In this document: positions 1 to 8,410 of the stretch, one piece after another
Numbering within the stretch: the first letter of the stretch is position 1
How the letters are laid out: every line of letters starts with the position of its first letter
Assembly (NCBI GenBank): GCA_965195345.1
Contig: OZ239628.1
Span: 1,376,001-1,440,000, forward strand
Reading direction: 5' to 3'
Length of the DNA stretch: 64,000 nucleotides
Source of the DNA: an uncultured Thiomicrospira sp.
GTDB lineage: Bacteria > Pseudomonadota > Gammaproteobacteria > CAKMZV01
Program-made: the position numbers and the translations under genes
The notes under the pieces: model-generated
The model's input: the letters and a program-made list of their open reading frames with translations, nothing else
What the model was told of the DNA's origin: nothing
Databases searched by the model: none

Positions 1-240
1 TTTGTTGATCAAAGTGAAGTTTTGAAAAACGGTTCGTCCAGCGCCTATATTAAGATGCCCAACTTCTGAATTACCCATTTGACCATTAGGTAAACCAACA
101 ATTTCTCCGTGTGTTTCTATTTGTGCATGAGGGCACGATGCCAGCAAAGCATCCCAAGTTGGAGTGTTTGCTAATGCAATCGCATTTCCTTTTTTTGATT
201 GACTACACCCCCATCCATCTAAAATAATTAGCCCAATCAT
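1..240 (-). CDS. gpmI: 2,3-bisphosphoglycerate-independent phosphoglycerate mutase, N-terminal part (runs off the window)
   Basis: Manual translation from ATG at 240 gives [11 protein letters not shown]...NAIALANTP...[22 protein letters not shown], the iPGM signature. Not in the ORF track. Confidence 0.95.
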   Translation of the reverse strand, partial: MIGLIILDGWGCSQSKKGNAIALANTPTWDALLASCPHAQIETHGEIVGLPNGQMGNSEVGHLNIGAGRTVFQNFTLINK

Positions 241-1232
241 TGCAGTGCTCCTATAGCAAATTCGTTCCCTATTGGTCTTACCATCAAAGCCTCAAACGCC
301 AACTGTATGTCTAAATCATTATGAATTATTTCATTCACAGTTTTACAAATTGGCAAATCCAAATTATTTTCTTCACCCATTAACGCAACAATGCTAGCAG
401 CCGTCATCCCTTCGACAAGAAAATTTTTCTCACGTTTTTCTCCACGTCCCAGCATCAATCCATATCGTCTATTGCGTGATTGGTCATCGGCTGCTGTGAG
501 TATCAAGTCCCCTACACCAGCCAATCCAAGAAAAGTGCGATCTTGTGCCCCTAAAAAAGCACCTAATTGACGCATTTCATTCAATCCTCTTGTAATTAGT
601 GCGCTACGTGCATTGGATCCAAAACCTTTACCATCACTTATTCCAGCAGCGATTGCAATAATATTTTTACAACCTCCGCATATTTGGATTCCAACTAAAT
701 CTTCACTGCGGTAACATCGGAAGTACGGTGTATTTAGAAGTTGTTGCCAAAAGCGTGCATGCGAGTCAACATTACTTGCAACAACGGCTGCTGCCGGCAA
801 TCTTTCAGCCACTTCTTTAGCAAAATTTGGTCCAGAAATCAATGAACATTCAAACCCCAAATCCGCAGCAACATCACTCAATAAGCGTCCATCTGACGTA
901 AACCCTTTACAAGCCCAAAGAATACGACGTTGCTCACTTACATTGGCAATATCAATCAAAATGCTTTTAAAGGTTGAACTTGGAGTCGCAATAAGTATCC
1001 CTGAAACACCATCCAAAGCATCTTGTAAATTTGAGTGGACACTGATATTCTCTGGAATTAAACACCCAGGTAGATAGCGGGTATTTAATCGTTCGCTTTT
1101 AATTGAGGAAATAAGTTCAGCTGAACGCCCCCACAAACGAACATCACAACCGTTCTCAGCAAGCTTCATTGATAAAGCACTACCCCATGCTCCTGCACCG
1201 ATGACAGCAACACATTTCGGTGCATTTTTCAT
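237..1232 (-). CDS. gpsA: NAD(P)H-dependent glycerol-3-phosphate dehydrogenase
   Basis: GAGAWG Rossmann motif, [32 protein letters not shown]; downstream of secB. Confidence 0.97.
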   Translation of the reverse strand: MKNAPKCVAVIGAGAWGSALSMKLAENGCDVRLWGRSAELISSIKSERLNTRYLPGCLIPENISVHSNLQDALDGVSGILIATPSSTFKSILIDIANVSEQRRILWACKGFTSDGRLLSDVAADLGFECSLISGPNFAKEVAERLPAAAVVASNVDSHARFWQQLLNTPYFRCYRSEDLVGIQICGGCKNIIAIAAGISDGKGFGSNARSALITRGLNEMRQLGAFLGAQDRTFLGLAGVGDLILTAADDQSRNRRYGLMLGRGEKREKNFLVEGMTAASIVALMGEENNLDLPICKTVNEIIHNDLDIQLAFEALMVRPIGNEFAIGALQ

Positions 1233-1235
1233 GAT

Positions 1236-1676
1236 TTAATCAATCGAGTCCTGTCGGGATTGGTATAGAGCATCGAAATTGACTGGATCAAGCAATAACG
1301 GAGTAAAACCACCACGCATGGTAACATCACTGACGACTTCTCGAGCGTATGGATACAACTGCATAGGACAATATGCTCCAAGCAATGACTTCAACTCCTC
1401 TTCGCTAAATCCGTTTATTTCAAAAATTCCTGCTTGCTTTACTTCAACAAGAAACAGCGTGCTTTCTTTCTGTTCAATTGAAACGGTCACGTGCAGAACA
1501 ACCTGATATTGGAACTCTCCAACCTGCTCTATATCCACATTTAAATCAATATTACTTGAAGTTTTTTCTATATTTTCTTGATTGAAAATCATTGGGGACT
1601 GTGGAGACTCCCAAGATAAATCTTTCAAATAAATTTTTTGAATAGTAAGTTTTTTTTTAGCTTGCATGATTGACAT
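1236..1676 (-). CDS. secB: Protein-export chaperone SecB
   Basis: IQKIYLKDLSWESP, LFLVEVKQAGIF, CPMQLYPYARE, GGF.PLLLDPVNFDALY. Confidence 0.97.
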   Translation of the reverse strand: MSIMQAKKKLTIQKIYLKDLSWESPQSPMIFNQENIEKTSSNIDLNVDIEQVGEFQYQVVLHVTVSIEQKESTLFLVEVKQAGIFEINGFSEEELKSLLGAYCPMQLYPYAREVVSDVTMRGGFTPLLLDPVNFDALYQSRQDSID

Positions 1677-1926
1677 CTAACATTGCATCAAGTTGTCCAC
1701 TGTGCTCAAGTGCACGTAATTCACTAAACCCACCAATAGATTCATCATTGATGAATACTTGAGGAACTGTTGTAGCTCCCGAGGTTCGTTCTTGCATTTC
1801 AGACCAACCAACATCATCTCCGTCGATTATTTTTTCTTCATAAGCAACACCTTTTTGATTAAGGAGTTGCTTAGCTGCAATGCAAAATGGGCATGAAACC
1901 CAAGTGTACAAAAAAACGTTTGCCAT
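1657..1926 (-). CDS. grxC: Glutaredoxin 3 (likely start ATG 1926, not 2013)
   Basis: CPFC active site, TTVPQVFI, IGGF; rhodanese-grxC-secB-gpsA synteny. Confidence 0.93.
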   Translation of the reverse strand: MANVFLYTWVSCPFCIAAKQLLNQKGVAYEEKIIDGDDVGWSEMQERTSGATTVPQVFINDESIGGFSELRALEHSGQLDAMLDVNHAS

Positions 1927-2009
1927 ATTTTTTTTTATAGGTTGTGCATCTTTCTTGCCCCATGCCGCTCGCCAAACAAGCCATGGAACGCTATGACGCA
2001 ATTGAAATA

Positions 2010-2558
2010 TCATGATACTTTGGGTTTATCCGTCTTTTTTACATCCAATTTCTTTTTATTTGAAGCGACTGTTTCTTTTTTACTATTCTTTTTTTCTACT
2101 CGCTTATTTTCTTTCTTGCTTTCTTTCTTGCTTATCTTCTCTATTTTAACAAGTGGTAAGTTTGCCGTACGCCAACTAGTTAGTCCTAACTGCAAGTTTT
2201 TGATATTAGTAAATCCTGCCTTCTTCATAGCCGCGCAAGAAGTCGAAGAAGAAGTACCTGTTTTGCAATACAGCAAATACGTCTTATCTTTATCAAGCGT
2301 TGATAAACTTTCTTTCAATGCTTCAGGCTTAATATTCTTGGCACCGCTAAGATGACCAGAAGCAAACTCCTCATCCGAACGTAAATCAAACACTTGCACA
2401 CCTTCATTGATTAAGCGCACTGCTTCTTCGGTTGAAACGGATTGATAACCTTTCAAAGTAGCACTGAACCCATATACAACCATCATGCCAGAAAAAACTG
2501 TTGCGGCAGCAAGAGGCCAATTCTCAGTAAGAAAAATTTGAATGTCTTGAGGATTCAT
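2010..2558 (-). CDS. Rhodanese-like membrane-anchored protein (YibN-like) with Lys-rich tail
   Basis: N-terminal TM segment, DLRSDEEFASGHLSGA, LLYCKTG; usual position before grxC. Confidence 0.88.
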   Translation of the reverse strand: MNPQDIQIFLTENWPLAAATVFSGMMVVYGFSATLKGYQSVSTEEAVRLINEGVQVFDLRSDEEFASGHLSGAKNIKPEALKESLSTLDKDKTYLLYCKTGTSSSTSCAAMKKAGFTNIKNLQLGLTSWRTANLPLVKIEKISKKESKKENKRVEKKNSKKETVASNKKKLDVKKTDKPKVS

Positions 2559-2995
2559 ATTTAGTGATTATTCGTTAAATAAAATGATGCTATGTCGTTT
2601 TTAGTATTGCAATATAAACCAGTCAAACATTCTAAGCCTTCCAACTAATCTAAAAGGTATCGATGTTCAAAAATTGAAGCAATAGCTTCTAAAACAAAAG
2701 AACGGAAATTATACTGCATTCTATAAATTCACAAAAGCGGATTCAACAGCAAAATTATTCAGCACCAGTGAACTTTTCCCTTTAGGATAATTACCTCCTT
2801 ACCATAAGCGATAATTTTTCAATTAAATATTATTGTTCATACTCTCAAATGTTTTTTTCAGCCAAAGACACATACACTCGTAAATATCAAAGATACAATG
2901 TATTATAGACTGTACAAAATAAAGGCAATTTGATTAAAAAATAATACATCTGCATAGTACAATGCCTAACTGTTATCATTCAAAAGGAGGAATAA

Positions 2996-3538
2996 ATGAG
3001 CAATAGGCACAATGTTTTTATTAGTTATCATCATGGAAACGATGAACATCATAAAAAAAAATTTGAGAGCCTGTTTTCAAATATTTATGATATTCTTGAA
3101 TCTAAGTCCGTCAATGACGGTGACATAGACCCTAATGAGGACACAGAGATAGTACGCCAAAAAATCAGAGATAACTTTATTAGAACCGCTAGCGTTACAG
3201 TTGTTTTAGTCGGCTCAGAAACTTGGAAAAGGAAGCATGTTGATTGGGAAATATCCTCAAGCATCAGAGATACTAAATTAAATTCTCGCACTGGGTTATT
3301 AGGCATTATCTTACCAACCTATCCTTATCCAAAAAACTCTTACTCCTCACACACCATCCCTCCCAGACTTCATGACAATATTAAATGCGGGTTCGCAAAA
3401 ATTTATAATTGGTCAGATAATCCAAATGAAGTGCAAAAATGGATTCACGAAGCATTTAAGAGAAGAAAAGAAAATCTTCCAGATAATTCAAGAAATATGT
3501 TTGCTCAAAATCGTTCTGGGGATCGGTGGTATGAATGA
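2996..3538 (+). CDS. TIR-domain protein (MTH538/DUF1863, ThsB-like)
   Basis: HNVFISYHH, ASVTVVLVGSETWKRKHVDWEI (putative catalytic Glu retained), IPPRL; strong RBS AGGAGG. Confidence 0.88.
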   Translation: MSNRHNVFISYHHGNDEHHKKKFESLFSNIYDILESKSVNDGDIDPNEDTEIVRQKIRDNFIRTASVTVVLVGSETWKRKHVDWEISSSIRDTKLNSRTGLLGIILPTYPYPKNSYSSHTIPPRLHDNIKCGFAKIYNWSDNPNEVQKWIHEAFKRRKENLPDNSRNMFAQNRSGDRWYE

Positions 3539-4041
3539 AGTTGGTTGACTGGCTAAAAAAATGGAACATGACATCCCTAAAGATTAAAACCTCATTTCTT
3601 GAAATGGAGTGGAAGCCGCATGATGCTGATAAAAAAGCGGCTTGGGAGTTATATGTTGAATTACTTACAAGAATTACAACTCAACCACTTAATGACTCTC
3701 ACGGAGATGAAGAAACAGCATTAAAAAGTATCTACTCTATCTTTCCACTGACTCGTGAAGTCATAAAATTGAATGGAAGAGATTGTACAGAATTCACAAA
3801 AATTGCTATTATAATTCTTAATCAAAAAGTAAGACCATTTACATCAAAATGGCATAAATCATCTATAGAATTTGGATTTGTCTTATTCGATAAAGTTGGA
3901 AATAAACACAAAAATCAGAATCTTTGCTTAGAGTTCCGTAAAGAATTAGCTGTTTTGCAAAAAGATTTAAAAATTTATACTCAAATGCTGGCTGATATGG
4001 CGGGGGTTGAAAACTTAGTAGATTTAGAAAATCAAACATAA
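3535..4041 (+). CDS. Hypothetical, largely helical protein translationally coupled to the TIR gene
   Basis: ATGA overlap with the TIR stop; motifs AAWELYVELLTRITTQPL and LNQKVRPFTSKWH; no family recognised. Confidence 0.8.
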   Translation: MKLVDWLKKWNMTSLKIKTSFLEMEWKPHDADKKAAWELYVELLTRITTQPLNDSHGDEETALKSIYSIFPLTREVIKLNGRDCTEFTKIAIIILNQKVRPFTSKWHKSSIEFGFVLFDKVGNKHKNQNLCLEFRKELAVLQKDLKIYTQMLADMAGVENLVDLENQT

Positions 4042-4095
4042 GAAATCATTCACAATCGTTAACGCGTCGGTTCAATTCAAGCATAGGTGTTTTAT
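4036..4095 (+). other. Highly degenerate attC-like site
   Basis: ACATAAG contains the stop codon (cf. R'' ACATAAC), then AAATCATTCAC; possible R' GGTGTTTTAT. Internal symmetry is poor. Confidence 0.35.
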
Positions 4096-4157
4096 ATAAT
4101 TTAAGCATTTAACACAACTAGGCTTCATCAAAATTTAATTTTAATTGAAGTTATAGA

Positions 4158-4466
4158 ATGAAGAATGAATCCAAATCCGATGTAAAATCACAACAAGGCA
4201 AAGAATATGAACAAAAGGCAATTCAGGCGACAGGTCAAACTATGACCAATATTATGAGGGCATGCAGTTCGTATATGAAAGGGAAAAATCTTTTAGATTT
4301 TAACTACTTCGTCCGAATTAACTCCAATGGGGATACTGTTAATTCCATTGTCCATCCATCTAATACACTTACTTCATGTTTCAATGGACTAATGGTAAAC
4401 ACTAAATATCCTTCTCACAAATTTGATACATTCGTATTAAACATTGACATGAAAATAACACCATGA
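4158..4466 (+). CDS. Hypothetical cassette protein, possibly N-terminally truncated
   Basis: 102-aa ORF between attC-like sites; no recognised motif. Confidence 0.6.
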   Translation: MKNESKSDVKSQQGKEYEQKAIQATGQTMTNIMRACSSYMKGKNLLDFNYFVRINSNGDTVNSIVHPSNTLTSCFNGLMVNTKYPSHKFDTFVLNIDMKITP

Positions 4467-4470
4467 ATAC

Positions 4471-4522
4471 GCATGATAAGCAGTTGCTGACACCGAGCAC
4501 GACGGCAGAGTCGGCGTTATAA
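4471..4522 (+). other. Degenerate attC site
   Basis: GCATGAT (R'' variant), AAGCAGTTGCTG...CGGCAGAG, TCGGC-GTTATAA (R'). Confidence 0.65.
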
Positions 4523-4537
4523 GGCATAAGGAGAATT

Positions 4538-4903
4538 ATGAATTACAAAGCATTAAACTTTAAAGACAAACTTTCACTCTTTAATGAGCAATGGATGCCA
4601 AAAGTCATTGCAGAGATGAACGATTATCAATTCAAGATTGTAAAAATTAAAGGTGATTTTGTATGGCATGATCACAAAGACACTGACGAAACATTCATAG
4701 TTTTGGAAGGAAAACTCCGCATAGATTTTAGAGACGGCCAAGTAGAATTATCTGATGGAGAAATGTTTGTTGTGCCTAAAGGTGTTGAGCATAAACCTTA
4801 TGCTGAAGAAGAAGTTAAAATGCTATTAATTGAACCGCGAGGAACAAAAAATACGGGAGATAAAGACAGCGATCTTACTGCAGAAAATAATGTATGGATT
4901 TAA
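4538..4903 (+). CDS. Cupin-domain protein (cassette)
   Basis: WHDHKDTDETF and VVPKGVEHKP cupin motifs; RBS AGGAG. Confidence 0.92.
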   Translation: MNYKALNFKDKLSLFNEQWMPKVIAEMNDYQFKIVKIKGDFVWHDHKDTDETFIVLEGKLRIDFRDGQVELSDGEMFVVPKGVEHKPYAEEEVKMLLIEPRGTKNTGDKDSDLTAENNVWI

Positions 4904-4907
4904 TGCC

Positions 4908-4982
4908 TTATAAACAAGTACACATGCAGCCAGACATTTCTACTCGTGCGCTCCTATTTTAGCGCTGACTTTGGCGTTATAA
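4908..4982 (+). other. attC site
   Basis: TTATAA(A)C, ATGCAGC...GCTGAC, TTTGGC-GTTATAA. The cassette ends are complementary over 11 bp (TTATAAGGCAT at 4517 vs ATGCCTTATAA at 4903). Confidence 0.8.
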
Positions 4983-4998
4983 ATTAAAGGTTAAAAAA

Positions 4999-5385
4999 AT
5001 GATTTTAAATAAAGGTATAGCTTTTCTGCTCATACTCATTTTCATAATGACGGGGTGCTCCTCTATTCAAAAGTATGATGCAAAATCTGTCGGTCTTCAA
5101 AATGCCCTTAAAAATGGGAGTATTGTACTAATTGGTGAGGAGGTAAGAGTGGCTACTATTGATGGTGCGCAATATGAGTTCACAGTCACTAAGGTTGATG
5201 AGAATAAAATTTATGGCGCTAAAAATGAAATATTAATATCAGAAATTACTGCAATTGAAACAGAAGAATTTAGTTGGGTTAGAACTACCGCATTAGTTAT
5301 AGCGGTATCGTTTACACTGGTATCATTTCTCTTAATACGAGCTATTACTGATCTTTTCTCCCCAACGGGCATATCGGCAATATAA
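4999..5385 (+). CDS. Putative lipoprotein with C-terminal TM segment (cassette)
   Basis: Lipobox IMTGC after a hydrophobic stretch; hydrophobic C-terminus. Confidence 0.75.
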   Translation: MILNKGIAFLLILIFIMTGCSSIQKYDAKSVGLQNALKNGSIVLIGEEVRVATIDGAQYEFTVTKVDENKIYGAKNEILISEITAIETEEFSWVRTTALVIAVSFTLVSFLLIRAITDLFSPTGISAI

Positions 5386-5464
5386 TGTTAAGTCAATCAA
5401 ATTCGTTCCAGCGCTACTCATTTCCATCAAACAGTCAAACCCGTTGGGTTGCGTGGCGTTATAA
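5380..5464 (+). other. Degenerate attC site
   Basis: Stop codon inside ATATAAT; AAGTCAATCAAATTCGTTC block shared with the 6890 site; ends GGC-GTTATAA. Confidence 0.65.
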
Positions 5465-5479
5465 GTCAAAGGATAGATC

Positions 5480-6415
5480 GTGACAATCCCTAAACATGAT
5501 GAAATTCGTGTCCCAGCACTGTCCCTACTCTCTAAGCGAGGGCAATTGAAACTTAGTGAATTTGAAGTGCCGCTAGCCGAGCATTTCAGTTTAACCGAGG
5601 ACGAACGCCACGAAGAATATGAATCCGGAAACAGCAAGAAGATATTCTATGACAGAATAGGTTGGGCATTGAGCTTTATGAATATGGTAGGACTTTTAAA
5701 TAAACCCAAGCGGGGTGTTTATGAAATTAGTCCCCTAGGTACTGAAAAATTATCTAATCCAGATAACTTAAATGATTTTATTGCGATAGAGTTCTCGAAG
5801 AAACAGAAAAATAAGCCAAAAAAAACCATCAATCAAATTGAAACAGATGATGAAAGCCTTACCCCACAAGAAGGACTATACGCTGCGGCGAAAAAAATTA
5901 GAACGTCACGATATCAGGAAATAATTGATACTGTTTTAAGCAAGACTCCTCGGGAGTTTGAAAAGCTTGTGGTCTCTTTACTCCAAAAAATGGGCTATGG
6001 TGGGGAAATCAAAAATTCTAGTACTGTAACCTCCTATACCAATGACGGTGGTATTGACGGCATCATCAAAGAAGATGTGCTTGGCTTAGGACGAATACAT
6101 ATTCAAGCTAAAAGATATGCCAGATCAAATAGTGTCGGCAGAGAAGAAATTCAAAAGTTCGTAGGTGCTTTAGCCGTCGCGCAATCAAATAAAGGTGTCT
6201 TCATTACAACCTCATCATTTACTGAAAATGCAACAACTTATGCAAAGAATTTAAATGGCACAACGACCTTAATATTAATCGACGGTCAGCAATTAGCTGA
6301 ATATATTTACGATTATGGCTTAGGTCTTCAAGTTGAACAAACTATAGAAATTAAAAAGCTTGATAGTGAGTTTTGGGATTCAATGGAAAATGATCTTTCC
6401 AAATCTGATCTATAA
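5480..6415 (+). CDS. mrr: Mrr-family type IV restriction endonuclease (cassette)
   Basis: N-terminal wHTH (FYDRIGWALSFM..GLL..PKRGVYEI); catalytic DGGIDGII..D.LG...IHIQAKRY, KGVFITTSSF, LIDGQQL. Confidence 0.92.
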   Translation: MTIPKHDEIRVPALSLLSKRGQLKLSEFEVPLAEHFSLTEDERHEEYESGNSKKIFYDRIGWALSFMNMVGLLNKPKRGVYEISPLGTEKLSNPDNLNDFIAIEFSKKQKNKPKKTINQIETDDESLTPQEGLYAAAKKIRTSRYQEIIDTVLSKTPREFEKLVVSLLQKMGYGGEIKNSSTVTSYTNDGGIDGIIKEDVLGLGRIHIQAKRYARSNSVGREEIQKFVGALAVAQSNKGVFITTSSFTENATTYAKNLNGTTTLILIDGQQLAEYIYDYGLGLQVEQTIEIKKLDSEFWDSMENDLSKSDL

Positions 6416-6481
6416 CAAGGTGTTGCCGCGAAAAATTTCCTCGCTGACGATCCTAAACTTTTGCAGATCACAGCGTTACAT
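6410..6481 (+). other. attC site
   Basis: CTATAAC (contains the mrr stop), AAGGTGTTGCCGCGAAAAATTT...AAACTTTTGCAGATCACAGC, GTTACAT; imperfect 72-bp hairpin. Confidence 0.82.
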
Positions 6482-6493
6482 TCTTTTTATTCA

Positions 6494-6895
6494 ATGATTA
6501 AGTTAACGACAGTTGCAAGTTATTCTTTTCCGCACGAAGCGCAAATTGCACGTGCTGGTTTAGAAAGAGCAGGTATTCCAGCCGAAGTGGCTGATGAATA
6601 TACGATAAATATGCAGTGGTTATATAGTCTAGCCATTGGCGGTGTCAAAGTTAAAGTACCAACAGAGCTAACACAAGAAGCATTAGAGGTCTTAAATACC
6701 GATTATTCCGCAGCAGTCGAAAAAAAGTTTAATATTGAATCGGATAAGTGCCCAGAATGTAAATCTACTCGTTTAATTGCTCATACTAGAGGAAAAAGAC
6801 CAGCGTTTATTGTTTTTTTACTCTTTGGTTTTCCCCTGTTCTTTTTTCAGCATGGTATAAAATGTAATGAATGTAATCATTTTTGGAAAACTTAA
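6494..6895 (+). CDS. DUF2007-like domain + Zn-ribbon + TM protein (cassette; likely start ATG 6494)
   Basis: PHEAQIARAGLERAGIP, YSLAIGGVKVKVP, CPEC...TM...CNECNHFW. Confidence 0.8.
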   Translation: MIKLTTVASYSFPHEAQIARAGLERAGIPAEVADEYTINMQWLYSLAIGGVKVKVPTELTQEALEVLNTDYSAAVEKKFNIESDKCPECKSTRLIAHTRGKRPAFIVFLLFGFPLFFFQHGIKCNECNHFWKT

Positions 6896-6981
6896 CAAGT
6901 CAATCAAACTTATTCGTTCGCGTTGCTTACTCACCGGACATTCAAATCTTTGATATTCCTTCCGTTTATTGAGTGGTCAAT
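6890..6981 (+). other. Degenerate attC site (R' eroded)
   Basis: ACTTAAC (contains the stop), AAGTCAATCAAA...CACCGGAC...TCCGTTTATTG; final box reads GGTCAAT. Confidence 0.65.
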
Positions 6982-7037
6982 AATATTTTTTTATTTAATA
7001 ACGCCAATCATTAATCTGTTTTTTTATCTTTGTAAGT

Positions 7038-7072
7038 GCTAAACGCCTGAGCTCAGGTGACATGTGTTAGAC
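7038..7072 (-). other. Collapsed attC-like site on the minus strand
   Basis: Minus strand reads GTCTAAC (contains the stop of the 447-aa ORF), ACATGTCA, palindrome CCTGAGCTCAGG, C-GTTTAGC; only 35 bp. Confidence 0.5.
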
Positions 7073-8410
7073 GCTAACATCACCACCCTCTGAATCACTA
7101 TTTGCACCATTGAGATCTTCAACTTGCGGCGTTTTCTTAGGCTTAGGAGGTGGAGCCTGCCACTGCACAATATGTTGACCCACAGCCTCGTAAAATTTGG
7201 TAACGCAGTCGACAAGCGACGGTACAAAATTTCTTCGTTGTGTGAATTTCCCACCAAGATCGGAAACGGATTTGATTTCAAAAACTCTCGGAAGTTGGCC
7301 TTTACGATCTCCAACAAGAGCATCAACATCATCTCTTATTTTTGAAAGCTCTGCATATGTGTCAGCTTTACGACCAGGCCACCTTGCAACCACCATCAAA
7401 CTTCCATCTTCTGTTTTAGCCAGTTGCCGAAGTAACCAGTTAACTGTAGCCGGTGCACGAGTCTTATCTCGAGGAGCATCAACTGACATTGAGACTGTTA
7501 CAGAACGTCTCGTTAGATCAGCCTCAACTGAAATAGCGGATGCCGCGTCCGGCACATCTAATCGACTTTCCAGTACTCCTGACCTAATGAATGATGCATG
7601 CATGGCATCCAAACGACCATTGGGGTCTTTACGTTCTTTAGCGTTTAATACCGTCGTGACATTAGTCTCGAGGTCTCGACTCATTAAAAGTGCAGTGCAG
7701 CGCGTTAATTCATCCCAATCGCTTACGACTGCTGGTCCAAGTGGCGATTTCTTGTCGAGCACAGACTTAGCAAAAAATAGTTTACAAGCTTCAACCCATT
7801 CCTTGCCCATTTGTTCAAATTCGCTGACACCAGTAGATTCGTGTTCAAGGAAACGTACGAATTCATTAAGCATGTAGGCTTGATCAGGATCAGACACAGC
7901 ACTTTTGGATAGTTGAATTTTGGCTTCAGTCTTCAAATATGACCAAGACCAGTGAAACAAGCATACTTTCTTCAACTTTTGCCGATTAATTTCGCACGGA
8001 GACTGTGTTGGCGTTGCCACAAATTGATTTGAAACTGTAATAACGGCATCAACACTCTGAGATTTTGCGATATCCAAATATCGTTCAATCTGTCCAGCAT
8101 CTAAATCGGCGCCCTTGGCTTTTGCCTCGACCAAAGCTCGCCACTCCCTGCGGCCGTTATTTACGACAATGAGTGCATCTGGTCGATCTTTATTGTCATT
8201 TTTGCCAGCCTTAAAAACCGGTTCAAGCCAAACCCACACTTTTGAACGTTTGCCAGTCGGCGCACCCACGGACCCAAGAAGCTCTTCGGCGAATTCTTGG
8301 ACAGCCATGAGCATGGCACACGTTACACATGTATTTTTTAATTCCGTTTTATTGGCAACTGGAATTAAGCGCGCTATCTCACCCGAAACCAAATATTCCG
8401 GTCGTTGCAT
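7067..8410 (-). CDS. PD-(D/E)XK nuclease-fold protein, inverted cassette
   Basis: DRPDALIVV...ALVEAK...QIERYLDIAK...DAVITVSNQF; visibly more GC-rich than the flanks. Confidence 0.7.
   Translation of the reverse strand: MQRPEYLVSGEIARLIPVANKTELKNTCVTCAMLMAVQEFAEELLGSVGAPTGKRSKVWVWLEPVFKAGKNDNKDRPDALIVVNNGRREWRALVEAKAKGADLDAGQIERYLDIAKSQSVDAVITVSNQFVATPTQSPCEINRQKLKKVCLFHWSWSYLKTEAKIQLSKSAVSDPDQAYMLNEFVRFLEHESTGVSEFEQMGKEWVEACKLFFAKSVLDKKSPLGPAVVSDWDELTRCTALLMSRDLETNVTTVLNAKERKDPNGRLDAMHASFIRSGVLESRLDVPDAASAISVEADLTRRSVTVSMSVDAPRDKTRAPATVNWLLRQLAKTEDGSLMVVARWPGRKADTYAELSKIRDDVDALVGDRKGQLPRVFEIKSVSDLGGKFTQRRNFVPSLVDCVTKFYEAVGQHIVQWQAPPPKPKKTPQVEDLNGANSDSEGGDVSV

Noticed and set aside
2559-2995. 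Integron integrase (intI) or a canonical attI upstream of the cassette array
   Set aside because: No ORF or recognisable tyrosine-recombinase fragment. GCCTAAC-T-GTTATCA has too short a spacer for a normal attI.
4036-6981. CRISPR array suggested by recurring intergenic motifs
   Set aside because: The repeats are dissimilar, separated by whole genes and shaped like attC sites; no cas genes are present.
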